Under the pieces are notes generated by a model that did not search any database, was not told where the DNA came from, and saw only the letters and a list, made by a program, of their open reading frames with translations. Positions 1 through 8,610 of a DNA stretch of 32,000 nucleotides are shown here, in pieces; the stretch's first letter is position 1, and each line of letters starts with the position of its first letter. The position numbers and the translations under genes were made by a program. The DNA comes from Halalkalibacterium halodurans (lineage in GTDB: Bacteria; Bacillota; Bacilli; Bacillales; Bacillaceae_D): positions 11,041 to 43,040 of the forward strand of contig NZ_SNUY01000002.1 in the NCBI RefSeq assembly GCF_004376175.1, read 5' to 3'.

Positions 1-980
1 AGCCCATTCGCATACCTGGGATCCCTGCTGTCGGATTAGGGAATCGAGTGGCTATCAGCATTCGCCAACAGCAGTTCGTTCTCGGCTACATATGGGTGCT
101 AGAATTAGAGGAACCGTTGACAGATGAGCAGTTAAACGATTTAAAGGACATGGTGAGCTTAATTCGAGCGATGCTCATTAAACAACAGGAAACACGATTT
201 CGTAGACGGTTGGAGCGTGAGGAGAGATGGCGTCATCTCTATCAAGGAACGGAAACAGTAGCTGAAGTAAAAAGACGCTTTCAAGCCGAGGGAGAGCCTT
301 TGCCTGAACGAGGGGTTGTCGTCCAATTTTTTTGCGAACGGACCATTAAGGAGGAACATGAGCAGGCTCTTTCCTTCATATCGGAAAAAGTGAAGAGCCG
401 AATTCTCGTCACATTTGCGATGCTGATCGACGGGAAATGGACGGTCTACTTAACCGATTCGTTAAAAAAACCTCTAGATGAGCAAGTGGTCAAACATTTT
501 ATTGACCAGTGGATTCGCTCGTGGAATGATCAATTCTCTTATGCGAACGTACTTGCTGGAGTTGGGCAGCACTGCTCCCAGCTAACCGACGTCTCAGAAA
601 GCTTTCATCAGGCTGAAAAAGTGATTGAACTAAAAGGTGAGTTCGCGTATGAACTGGACAAAGTCTATTATTTTCATGAATTAGGATTTTATCGGATAAT
701 AGTTGATTCGGTTCCGATACTAGAAAGTGAGACGGTACAAACGCTCGCTGCCTATGACCAGAAGCAAGGAACAGAGCTATTGCAAACGCTAGAGGCCTTC
801 TTAGATGTGGATGAACGGAATCAAGCAGCGGCTGCCTTGCTCCATGTTCACCCAAACACGCTGAACTACCGAATGAAGCGAATTTATGAGTTAACCGGTC
901 TTGATGTAAAGAACATGAAAGATAAAGTCAGTCTTTATCTTGAGTTGAAACTAAGAAGGTGGAGAAATCGGGTTGAGTAG
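1..980 (+). CDS. PucR/CdaR-family transcriptional regulator, 5'-partial (reading frame is open to the window edge)
   Basis: The frame of the 48..980 ORF has no stop back to nt 3. The C-terminal HTH 'LLHVHPNTLNYRMKRIYELTGLD' is the typical PucR C-terminal helix-turn-helix signature. Confidence 0.7.
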   Translation, partial: PIRIPGIPAVGLGNRVAISIRQQQFVLGYIWVLELEEPLTDEQLNDLKDMVSLIRAMLIKQQETRFRRRLEREERWRHLYQGTETVAEVKRRFQAEGEPLPERGVVVQFFCERTIKEEHEQALSFISEKVKSRILVTFAMLIDGKWTVYLTDSLKKPLDEQVVKHFIDQWIRSWNDQFSYANVLAGVGQHCSQLTDVSESFHQAEKVIELKGEFAYELDKVYYFHELGFYRIIVDSVPILESETVQTLAAYDQKQGTELLQTLEAFLDVDERNQAAAALLHVHPNTLNYRMKRIYELTGLDVKNMKDKVSLYLELKLRRWRNRVE

Positions 981-1119
981 AGCTTTTACTAATACTGGAA
1001 TAATAGGGTTTTTGCTGATTTTAGTATCAGATCGTCATAAAATCTAACAAACAGCTGGCTTGTGATGAGGGTGAGCCGTATACTATGATCAAGCTTAACA
1101 TAGCCGAGGAGCGATTTTG

Positions 1120-1575
1120 ATGAAAATAAAAATTGATGATTTGCGTAGTAATCAAGTAGTCGAACTCATAAGGGAACATCTTCACGGTATGACGCTACAC
1201 TCCTCGCCAGAAAGTATCCATGCGCTAGATTTAAGTTCGCTTCAACAACCTGAAATCACGGTTTGGAGTGTATGGGAGGGGGAAGACTTGGCTGGCATTG
1301 GTGCCTTGAAACAGCTTGATGATCATCACGGTGAGATCAAATCGATGCGAACATCGAAGGCATATTTAAGAAAAGGAGTAGCGAAAAGACTCTTAAATCA
1401 TCTCATTGAAGAAGCAAACAGCCGTGGCTACAAACAGATTAGTTTAGAGACCGGTTCAATGGAAGCTTTTGAGCCAGCTAGGAAATTGTATGAAGCATTC
1501 GGTTTCCAGTATTGTGAGCCGTTTGCCGATTATACGGAAGACCCGAATAGTTTGTATATGACAAAGGCATTATAG
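1120..1575 (+). CDS. GNAT-family N-acetyltransferase (about 151 aa)
   Basis: GNAT motif A-like 'RKGVAKRLLNHLIEEANSRG' and the size fit the family. GAGGAG RBS at 1106-1111 sits 8 nt before ATG 1120, so that is preferred over TTG 1117. Confidence 0.7.
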   Translation: MKIKIDDLRSNQVVELIREHLHGMTLHSSPESIHALDLSSLQQPEITVWSVWEGEDLAGIGALKQLDDHHGEIKSMRTSKAYLRKGVAKRLLNHLIEEANSRGYKQISLETGSMEAFEPARKLYEAFGFQYCEPFADYTEDPNSLYMTKAL

Positions 1576-1605
1576 GCCAAAATAGTTCTTAAAAGGAAAC
1601 AGATG

Positions 1606-1636
1606 AAAGCCTCTTTTTAAATAAGGGGCTTTTTTG
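1606..1636 (+). terminator. Intrinsic terminator after the GNAT gene
   Basis: AAAGCCTCTT (1606-1615) pairs with AAGGGGCTTT (1623-1632) with one G.U, followed by a T-run. Confidence 0.7.
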
Positions 1637-1681
1637 CACTGAGTAGGCTTCCCTTTTACTAGAAAACATCGTAATGTGTAT

Positions 1682-1710
1682 TTGCCAACTTGTCAGGGAC
1701 GTGATAAAAA
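1682..1710 (+). promoter_or_regulatory. Candidate sigmaA promoter of the HAD-glpP2-ugp operon
   Basis: TTGCCA, 17 nt spacer, TAAAAA, with TG one nt upstream of the -10 (extended -10 like). This would give a leader of about 235 nt. Confidence 0.35.
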
Positions 1711-1840
1711 CAGGTGTCAGCCTTTCCGTGGCTAGGGTCTTAACATTTCTTTTGCAAAACATTCACCCTAGCTTCATATCAGTTTTACAAAAACAGCGTA
1801 AGGTAGAAATCAAAGAAATACATTAGCGACACGATCGGGT

Positions 1841-1924
1841 GGAGACGTGATGAGAGAACCCTAATGGTTGCAAAAAGGATACAGACATGTCAGTTGTATT
1901 CTTCTTGTAGCGATTAGGGTTTTG
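1841..1924 (+). promoter_or_regulatory. Leader attenuator: GGAGA/GAGAGA element plus long imperfect terminator hairpin and T-run, upstream of the HAD-ugp operon
   Basis: AACCCTAAT (1857-1865) pairs with ATTAGGGTT (1913-1921). The stem extends via GTTGC/GTAGC and an inner GGATACA/TGTATTC stem, followed by TTTTGTCGTGTTT. GGAGACGTGATGAGAGA (1841-1857) abuts the 5' arm. An upstream hairpin GCTAGGGT (1731-1738)/ACCCTAGC (1765-1772) shares the CCCTA/TAGGG core and could pair alternatively. Confidence 0.55.
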
Positions 1925-1947
1925 TCGTGTTTACCGATTGACTTAGG

Positions 1948-2772
1948 ATGGTGAAGCGCGTGAAAGAATATCGAACGTACTTTTTTGATCTGGATGGAAC
2001 GCTAGTCAACGGGAAAACGCTCTTTCCTTATGCGAAAGAGATCATTGCCGAACTGACGGCCCAAAAGAAACAACTTTATTTTTTAACGAATCATCCGATC
2101 CGGTCGCGAAAAGAATTAAAGCAGCATTTGCAGCAAATGGGTTTAACAGTTTCCATGCAGCAGCTATTGACACCGACGTTAGCGATTTTGGAATATTTCG
2201 GGGAAAAGCAGGGACCTGTTAGTCTATACATCGTCGGGTCTCCAATGATTAAGGAAGAAATTTCAAGAGAGGGGTTGCACCTTCTTCATTCGTCGCGAGA
2301 TCCTGTGTGTGGCGAAGTGTACGTCATTTTAGGGATGGCGCCGAATATCGGTTATAACCAACTGCAAGAAGCGTTTTTTCTTCTACAACAAGGGGCGAGG
2401 CTCGTACTGTTAAATCCTGATTTGTTTTGCCCGACTCCCAATGGATTGCTCCTTGACACAGGGTCCATTGCAAGGGTGCTCATGAATGAAAAAATGGACA
2501 TTCACCAAGCGGAGACTGTGGGGAAGCCGTCGATTTGGATGCAGCAAGTACTTTTGAAAAAAATTCGCCATGCGCGCAGCAGGTCAGTGATGATTGGAGA
2601 TTCGCTCACTAGTGATATTGCGATTGGACAAGCTGTCGGAATCGATACCGTTCTGCTGTATAGCGGTGTGACGAAGAAAAGTTCGTTGGAGTTTGTCAAG
2701 CAGAAGCCTACATATGAATATGATTCTCTTAAACAACTGTATGAAGCGCTAAAGGAGGTACGTTATGTTTGA
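1948..2772 (+). CDS. HAD-superfamily subfamily IIA hydrolase (NagD-like sugar/glycerol phosphatase)
   Basis: HAD motif I 'FFDLDGTL' is present. The C-terminal 'GDSLTSDIAIGQAVGIDTVLLYSGVT' is typical of HAD-IIA. The gene overlaps the next gene by 8 nt. Confidence 0.75.
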   Translation: MVKRVKEYRTYFFDLDGTLVNGKTLFPYAKEIIAELTAQKKQLYFLTNHPIRSRKELKQHLQQMGLTVSMQQLLTPTLAILEYFGEKQGPVSLYIVGSPMIKEEISREGLHLLHSSRDPVCGEVYVILGMAPNIGYNQLQEAFFLLQQGARLVLLNPDLFCPTPNGLLLDTGSIARVLMNEKMDIHQAETVGKPSIWMQQVLLKKIRHARSRSVMIGDSLTSDIAIGQAVGIDTVLLYSGVTKKSSLEFVKQKPTYEYDSLKQLYEALKEVRYV

Positions 2773-3370
2773 ACAGCCTTATATCTTTGCCCTTACCGAT
2801 TGGGAGATGGCAGACCGTTGCTTGGAATCAAACGTCCAAACCGTCTTTTTACTAACCGGTACGATGCTCGACTTACCTGAAAAAGTGTATGCCTTACAGC
2901 AAAGGGGGAAAACCGTCTATCTTCACGTCGATCTGATTACGGGGGTTCAAGCAAACACTCATGAAGGAATGCGCTACATTGCAGAAGTGATTGCCCCTGA
3001 CGGAATTATTAGCACGAAGGGGCAGGCAATTATGCAAGGAAAAAAACTTGGACTTAAGACGATCCAACGCATCTTTCTTATCGACCGCCACGCATTAAAC
3101 AAAGCGATTGATACGTGTTTAAAGATTGAACCAGATGCAGTTGAGGCGATGCCGGGGCTTATTATGCCTCGCATAATCGAAGAATTGGTTGCCAGGCTCC
3201 CGTTTCATATCGTCTCAGGTGGACTTTTTCAAGAAAAGGAAGAGATGGATCTCGCCTTACGTGCAGGCGCTGCCGCGGTATCAGGAAGTCATGTGCTCGA
3301 TTGCTTTATAGAGAGGGAGGAGACAACGAATGAGTCATGTCGAGTTATTGAACCTATGCAAAAGCTATGA
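2765..3370 (+). CDS. GlpP-family glycerol-3-phosphate-responsive antiterminator paralog (201 aa)
   Basis: It is collinear with the second GlpP in this window (21855..22406). Shared blocks are 'LHVDLITGV' vs 'LHADLVQGL', 'DGIISTK' vs 'YGLISTR', 'IQRIFLID' vs 'VQRLFLLD', 'PDAVEAMPGLIMPRIIEEL' vs 'PDFIEVLPGVMPHIIKEV' and 'GGL...AGAAAVS' vs 'GGL...SGAVAVS'. Confidence 0.8.
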   Translation: MFEQPYIFALTDWEMADRCLESNVQTVFLLTGTMLDLPEKVYALQQRGKTVYLHVDLITGVQANTHEGMRYIAEVIAPDGIISTKGQAIMQGKKLGLKTIQRIFLIDRHALNKAIDTCLKIEPDAVEAMPGLIMPRIIEELVARLPFHIVSGGLFQEKEEMDLALRAGAAAVSGSHVLDCFIEREETTNESCRVIEPMQKL

Positions 3371-4466
3371 TCAAACGACGTTTGCTGTTGAGGATATTAA
3401 CGTATCGATCAAGGAAGGGGAATTTTTTATCCTTGTTGGACCTTCTGGTTGTGGTAAGAGCACTATGCTACGGATGATTGCTGGGTTAGAAGATATCAGT
3501 GCTGGTGAATTAAAAATTCACGGAGCGACAGCCAACCATTTACCACCAAGCAAACGGAACTTATCGATGGTGTTTCAAAACTATGCCCTTTATCCCCATT
3601 TAACGGTGGAAGAAAACATTTTATTCGGCCTTAAAGTCCGAAAAGTAAAAAAAGCAGAGCGGTCAGAGCGCTGCCAACGAGCGGCTGCCATGCTTGGCTT
3701 AACCGACTATTTAAAGCGAAAGCCGCGGGAGTTATCTGGTGGACAGCGGCAACGGGTGGCACTTGCGCGGGCGGTCGTTAGTGAAGCCCCTCTCTGTCTA
3801 ATGGATGAGCCTCTATCCAACCTAGATGCGAAGCTGAGGGGGCATATGCGCACAGAGATTCGTCAATTGCAACGACAGTTAGGAATGACCATGATCTATG
3901 TGACCCACGATCAAGTGGAGGCGATGACGATGGGGGACCGGATCATGGTACTAAAAGACGGTCAAGTTCAGCAAGTCGGGTCACCGCTCGACATTTATAA
4001 TGCACCTGCGAATTTGTTTGTGGCCACCTTTATTGGAGCACCACCGATGAATATTGCCAAGGCGACGGTGGATCGAATGAATCGAGAGCTTGCCATAGGC
4101 TCCTTGCGTTTACCAATCGAAGAACAGCTGCTAATGCGCATCAGTAGCGATACCGTACAGCTTGGCATTCGTCCTGAGCAAATAGCGAGGGCAGATGCAC
4201 CAACCCCTGAGCACGTCCAATGGCACGTGACAGTTACAAATGTTGAAGTATTAGGGAATGAAACGTTGCTCGCGTTTAAGGTTGGTGAGCATGAATGGAA
4301 AGCGAAATGGCTCGGACAGTGGCCTTATCAACTCCATGAAACCATTGCGATTTCTTTTGCAAAGGAGCATCTTTACCTTTTTGATGGAGAAACGGGAAAA
4401 ACGCTCGTATCACCTGATCAGAATCAACCATACCTAAGGGGGGCGGTATCCCTTGAATCCAGCTGA
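3330..4466 (+). CDS. ugpC: ABC transporter ATP-binding protein, UgpC/MalK/MsmX type
   Basis: Walker A 'GPSGCGKST', signature 'LSGGQRQRVALAR', Walker B 'LCLMDEPLSNLD' and a C-terminal TOBE-like regulatory domain are present. GAGGGAGGAG RBS precedes ATG 3330. The symbol is by operon context only. Confidence 0.8.
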   Translation: MSHVELLNLCKSYDQTTFAVEDINVSIKEGEFFILVGPSGCGKSTMLRMIAGLEDISAGELKIHGATANHLPPSKRNLSMVFQNYALYPHLTVEENILFGLKVRKVKKAERSERCQRAAAMLGLTDYLKRKPRELSGGQRQRVALARAVVSEAPLCLMDEPLSNLDAKLRGHMRTEIRQLQRQLGMTMIYVTHDQVEAMTMGDRIMVLKDGQVQQVGSPLDIYNAPANLFVATFIGAPPMNIAKATVDRMNRELAIGSLRLPIEEQLLMRISSDTVQLGIRPEQIARADAPTPEHVQWHVTVTNVEVLGNETLLAFKVGEHEWKAKWLGQWPYQLHETIAISFAKEHLYLFDGETGKTLVSPDQNQPYLRGAVSLESS

Positions 4467-5400
4467 AGCGACTCGCGTACAAGAAAAAATGAAGCAGCAC
4501 GTCATCCAAGAAAAAGCGTCATTTTGGAAACGAACCGCGAATGTTCGGATAGCGGCGCTCTACTTATTCCCATCGCTTTTACTATTTTCTATCTTTTTGT
4601 TTTTTCCAATGATCCGAACGGTCTATCTTAGCTTCTTTCTCACAGATGCGCAAGGAAACGCTGCTCTGTTTGTCGGGTTGGAGAACTACCTGTATCTTTT
4701 TCAATCCGATCCGTTTCGAAAGAGTGCGTCAGCGACGTTTTTATTCGTTCTTTATACTGTACCAACCGGCGTTCTACTTGCACTATTTCTCGCCTTAATT
4801 GCCAATGAAAAGCTACGAGGGATTGGTCTATTCCGGACGATCTTTTCTTCCACGATGGGCATGTCGGTTGCAGCATCTGCGGTCATTTGGTTGTTTTTGT
4901 TCCATCCGACCGTTGGCATTTTGAATTCAATTTTAGGGTTCATTGGTATCGACAGCATTCCGTGGCTACTCGACCCAAAATGGGCGTTAATCTCGATTGC
5001 CATCACTACGATTTGGATGAATACAGGATTTTCTTTTTTGGTCCTACTAGGCGGGTTGCAAAACATTGATCAGCATTTATACGAAAGTGCTCGGATAGAT
5101 GGAGCGGGCTATTTTTATCAACTGTTCCGGATTACGGTACCGATGCTGTCACCAACGTTGTTTTTCATTATTACCATCACATTTATTCACTCGTTTCAAT
5201 CGTTCGGCCAGGTCGACATTTTAACAGGTGGTGGACCAGCAGAAGCGACTAATCTCATCGTCTATTCGATCTATCAAGATGCGTTTATCAACTATCAATT
5301 TGGCACGGCTAGTGCGCAAGCGGTGATTTTATTTTTACTCGTTTTGCTGTTAACCCTTGTGCAGTTTAAGTTTGGCGAGAAGAAGGTGCACTATCAATGA
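4453..5400 (+). CDS. ugpA: ABC transporter permease (UgpA/MalF-type, binding-protein-dependent family)
   Basis: Multi-pass hydrophobic protein with an EAA-like loop 'ESARIDGAGYFYQLFRITVPMLSP'. The start is uncertain: TTG 4453 has a GGGGGG RBS, and ATG 4489 is the alternative. Confidence 0.75.
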   Translation: MNPAEATRVQEKMKQHVIQEKASFWKRTANVRIAALYLFPSLLLFSIFLFFPMIRTVYLSFFLTDAQGNAALFVGLENYLYLFQSDPFRKSASATFLFVLYTVPTGVLLALFLALIANEKLRGIGLFRTIFSSTMGMSVAASAVIWLFLFHPTVGILNSILGFIGIDSIPWLLDPKWALISIAITTIWMNTGFSFLVLLGGLQNIDQHLYESARIDGAGYFYQLFRITVPMLSPTLFFIITITFIHSFQSFGQVDILTGGGPAEATNLIVYSIYQDAFINYQFGTASAQAVILFLLVLLLTLVQFKFGEKKVHYQ

Positions 5401-6209
5401 AAACGACGAGACCTTATATCGTATATCCGCTCCTATGTCTCTCGGCATTGCTTATCTTTTTTCCGATTGTTTACGCGTTTTTTGTAAGCTTTATGAGCGG
5501 TGCTGAAGTGTTGAGCCGGGCATTTTTTCCGTCGTCCGTTAACTTTGACAACTATGAAAAAGTTTTTTCAACGGTCCCGCTTCTTCACTATTTGCAAAAT
5601 AGTTTCATTGTCTCAATCACAGTTATGATCGGTCAGCTCATCGTTTGTTCGTTATCTGCATATGTCTTTGCCTTTATCCCTTTTAAAGGGCGGACGTTCG
5701 TGTTTCTCTTGTTCATCTCTACGCTCATGATTCCGTGGGAAGCGGCCATGATCCCGAATTTTCTCACGATCCAAAAACTAGGCTGGCTAAACTCCTATTT
5801 AGGGATGACCGTTCCATTTTTCGCCCTCGCCTTTGGGACGTTTTTGCTTCGCCAGCATTTTAAGACGATTCCGAAGGAGCTTCATGAAGCAGCGCAAGTC
5901 GAGGGACTTTCTCCGTTTCAATTTTTTTATAAAGTGTGCCTTCCTTATGCGAAGACGAGTCTAGTGACTCTTGGAATCTACGGATTTTTAACGACGTGGA
6001 ACATGTACTTGTGGCCGCTTCTCGTCACGACAAATGATCGTAAGCGAACGGTCCAAATCGGGCTTAAACAATTACAAACGGTTGAAGTTGCGACCGAATG
6101 GGGGGTGGTTATGGCAGGAGTCGTCGTTGTCATTATTCCTACCTTATTGCTTCTGTTTCTCGGGCAGAAGCAGCTGCAAAAAGGGTTAACGCAAGGAGCA
6201 ATTAAGTAA
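5397..6209 (+). CDS. ugpE: ABC transporter permease (UgpE/MalG-type)
   Basis: EAA loop 'EAAQVEGLSPFQFFYKVCLPYAK'. ATGA start/stop overlap with the upstream permease gene. Confidence 0.8.
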   Translation: MKTTRPYIVYPLLCLSALLIFFPIVYAFFVSFMSGAEVLSRAFFPSSVNFDNYEKVFSTVPLLHYLQNSFIVSITVMIGQLIVCSLSAYVFAFIPFKGRTFVFLLFISTLMIPWEAAMIPNFLTIQKLGWLNSYLGMTVPFFALAFGTFLLRQHFKTIPKELHEAAQVEGLSPFQFFYKVCLPYAKTSLVTLGIYGFLTTWNMYLWPLLVTTNDRKRTVQIGLKQLQTVEVATEWGVVMAGVVVVIIPTLLLLFLGQKQLQKGLTQGAIK

Positions 6210-6238
6210 CGCATATTTTAAAAAGGAGTGAAGTTAAG

Positions 6239-7618
6239 GTGAAAAAATTCGTATTCATGCTTATGGTCATTTTTTGTTCTTTTTGGTTAGCTGCGTGTTC
6301 GGGAGGCTCCGAACAAACAGGAAGCGAGGAAGAATCTGCAGAAGCGGATAATGAATCGAGCGAGGAAGCCGGAGAAGGTGTGGCTAATGCTGAAAAGCTC
6401 CAAGTCGAATTTTGGCACGGGATGAGTGGTGGTTTAGGGGAAACCCTCGACGAGCTTGTGGCCACTTACAATGAATCACAAGACGAAGTAGAGATTGTAC
6501 CTGAATATCAAGGTTCCTATGAGGAGCTACTGACAAAATTCCGCAGCGTGGGCGGGACAAGTGATTCACCTGGCCTCGTACAAGTGTTTGAAATTGGGAC
6601 AAAATATATGATCGAAAGTGGCTTTATTACTCCGGTTCAAGAATGGATTGATAAGGACAATTACGACGTGTCCCAATTAGAAGAAAACATTTTAACGTAC
6701 TATTCCGTAGATGGGGATTTATATTCGATGCCGTTTAACTCCTCGACACCAGCCCTTTACTACAATAAAGATGCGTTCGAAGAAGTGGGACTGGATCCAG
6801 AAAATCCACCACGCTCTTTCTCAGAAATCAAAGAGGCTGCTGAAAAGTTAACGACAGATGATCGATACGGGTTCTCAATTCTAGGTTATGGCTGGTTCTT
6901 TGAGCAGCTACTTGCAACGCAAGGGGCCGATTATGTGAACAATGACAACGGTCGTACGGATGAAGCAACAGAAGCTGTATTCAACGGAGAAGAGGGATTG
7001 CGGGTTTTTGAATGGATTTATGACATGAACAACGATGGCACGTTCGGGTACTTTGGAACGAACTGGGACGATCTTCGCGCTGCATTCCAAGCAGAGCAAG
7101 TCGCGATGATTCTCGACTCAACGGCGGGTATTAAAGGAACCGTGGAGGCTGCTCCATTTGAAGTTGGTGTCGGCTTCATTCCTCATGCAGATGATGTGGA
7201 GCCAAATGGTGTCATTATCGGGGGTGGCTCGATCTGGATGGCGAATGGCATTTCTGAAGAAGAGCAGGCGGCAGCGTTTGATTTCTTAAAGTATTTGCAA
7301 ACCCCAGAGGTGCAAGCGGAATGGCATATCAACACGGGCTATTTTGCCATCAATCCCGATGCTTATGAGGAGCCAATTGTTGAACAAGAGCATGAGAACA
7401 TTCCACAGCTTCGCGTACCGATTGAACAGCTGCAACAGACGGTTCCATCGACAGCAACGCAAGGGGCGCTCATCCCTGTCTTCCCAGAGTCAAGACAGCA
7501 CGTCGTCACGGCCCTGGAAAATATGCTGCAAGGAACGGACCCGAAAACAGCGCTTGACCAGGCGGCAGAAGGAACAAATCGGGCGATTGAGGTGTACAAC
7601 CGGACAGCAGGGGAATAA
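6239..7618 (+). CDS. ugpB: Extracellular solute-binding lipoprotein (UgpB-like, family 1 SBP)
   Basis: Signal peptide plus lipobox 'LAAC' (Cys20), followed by an acidic linker and an SBP fold-sized protein. AAGGAG RBS precedes GTG 6239. The ligand (G3P or a glycerophosphodiester) is not determinable from sequence. Confidence 0.75.
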   Translation: MKKFVFMLMVIFCSFWLAACSGGSEQTGSEEESAEADNESSEEAGEGVANAEKLQVEFWHGMSGGLGETLDELVATYNESQDEVEIVPEYQGSYEELLTKFRSVGGTSDSPGLVQVFEIGTKYMIESGFITPVQEWIDKDNYDVSQLEENILTYYSVDGDLYSMPFNSSTPALYYNKDAFEEVGLDPENPPRSFSEIKEAAEKLTTDDRYGFSILGYGWFFEQLLATQGADYVNNDNGRTDEATEAVFNGEEGLRVFEWIYDMNNDGTFGYFGTNWDDLRAAFQAEQVAMILDSTAGIKGTVEAAPFEVGVGFIPHADDVEPNGVIIGGGSIWMANGISEEEQAAAFDFLKYLQTPEVQAEWHINTGYFAINPDAYEEPIVEQEHENIPQLRVPIEQLQQTVPSTATQGALIPVFPESRQHVVTALENMLQGTDPKTALDQAAEGTNRAIEVYNRTAGE

Positions 7619-7716
7619 CATATAAAGAGGACGTGTTGGAGGTCTTGGGGGCGTGTCCCTTAAGGCCTTCCCGCTTTGTCGCTGGAGCATGGTACATAAA
7701 AAAGGAGTGTCGGAGT

Positions 7717-8469
7717 ATGTCCCAGAAGCAACGAACACACATTTATGCCCATCGCGGGGTGTCGTGCAAATATCCTGAAAATACGCTGAGCGCTTTTCGT
7801 GCAGCAGAAGGAGTCGGTGCTGACGGTATTGAGCTTGACGTTCAACTGACGAAAGATGATCAACTGATCGTCATTCATGATTTGCATTTAAACCGAACGA
7901 CATCGGGAAGCGGCTTAGTACGTGCCCATACATTGAGCGAACTGAAGCGGTTAGATGCAGGGAGCTGGTTCGACGAACGTTTTACAGGGGAGACGCTTCC
8001 AACGTTAGATGAAGTGTTTGCATGGGCCCAATCGAATGAGCTCATCTTTAACGTTGAATTAAAGGGAGTAGTGGAAGATCGGGATCGTTTGTTTACCGCG
8101 ATCTCCGCTTGTATCGACACGTTCAAAATGAGAGATCGAGTGATCCTCTCCTCCTTTGATCATGTGTTGATCAAGAAACTGTCGGGTTCATTTACGCGAA
8201 ATCAATTAGCAGTCATTGTGATGGCGGCCCTATATGACCCAGGAGGCTATGTACAAAAAGTTGGCGCGACTGGCTATCATTTTTATTACCCGGCGATGAC
8301 GGAAGCAGAGGTTTACCACTTGCTCCAGAAAGGCCTGAAGCTTCGTCCTTTTACATTAAATCAAGAAGAGGACATCCGTCGTTATATGCAGCTCGGGGTT
8401 AATGGGATTTTCACTGATGATCCTGAGCTTGCCATAAGAGTTGCCCTTGAGCTTTCTACAACAAAGTAA
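7717..8469 (+). CDS. ugpQ: Glycerophosphodiester phosphodiesterase (GDPD family), cytoplasmic
   Basis: GDPD motifs 'AHRG...PENTL' and 'GIELDVQLTKDDQLIVIHD' are present. AAGGAG RBS at 7702-7707 sits 9 nt before ATG 7717, and the ORF-track start at 7633 lacks an RBS. No signal peptide. Confidence 0.8.
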   Translation: MSQKQRTHIYAHRGVSCKYPENTLSAFRAAEGVGADGIELDVQLTKDDQLIVIHDLHLNRTTSGSGLVRAHTLSELKRLDAGSWFDERFTGETLPTLDEVFAWAQSNELIFNVELKGVVEDRDRLFTAISACIDTFKMRDRVILSSFDHVLIKKLSGSFTRNQLAVIVMAALYDPGGYVQKVGATGYHFYYPAMTEAEVYHLLQKGLKLRPFTLNQEEDIRRYMQLGVNGIFTDDPELAIRVALELSTTK

Positions 8470-8475
8470 CAACAG

Positions 8476-8505
8476 AGCCCCGTCCAGTGTAAGAACGGGG
8501 CTTTT
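8476..8505 (+). terminator. Intrinsic terminator ending the HAD-ugp operon
   Basis: AGCCCCGT (8476-8483) pairs with ACGGGGCT (8495-8502), followed by TTT. Confidence 0.7.
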
Positions 8506-8610
8506 ATGCAATTTACGGAAGGTTCACTTATCATCATTCAGATTAGGGGAAGACAAGTTTCGCTAATACGGCTAGAAAGTGTAAAGTGCTGACAATGAAG
8601 ATCGTTCAAC

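Noticed and set aside
499-855. 118-aa ORF antisense to the PucR-type regulator. Similar antisense ORFs occur at 159..359, 2502..2699, 2894..3174, 4640..5066, 5978..6465, 7363..7742, 9206..9559, 9524..9913, 10093..10515, 10659..11498, 12023..12211, 14124..14786, 15307..15654, 16202..16943, 20086..20608, 23966..24479, 25407..25747, 26026..26247 and 31424..31729.
   Set aside because: Each lies fully inside a well-supported gene on the opposite strand or in another frame. They lack RBSs and have skewed, low-complexity or Cys/Arg/Ser-rich compositions typical of shadow ORFs.
7633-7716. N-terminal 28-codon extension of the GDPD gene suggested by the ORF track
   Set aside because: There is no RBS at 7633, whereas ATG 7717 has AAGGAG at optimal spacing and the conserved GDPD N-terminus begins right after it.
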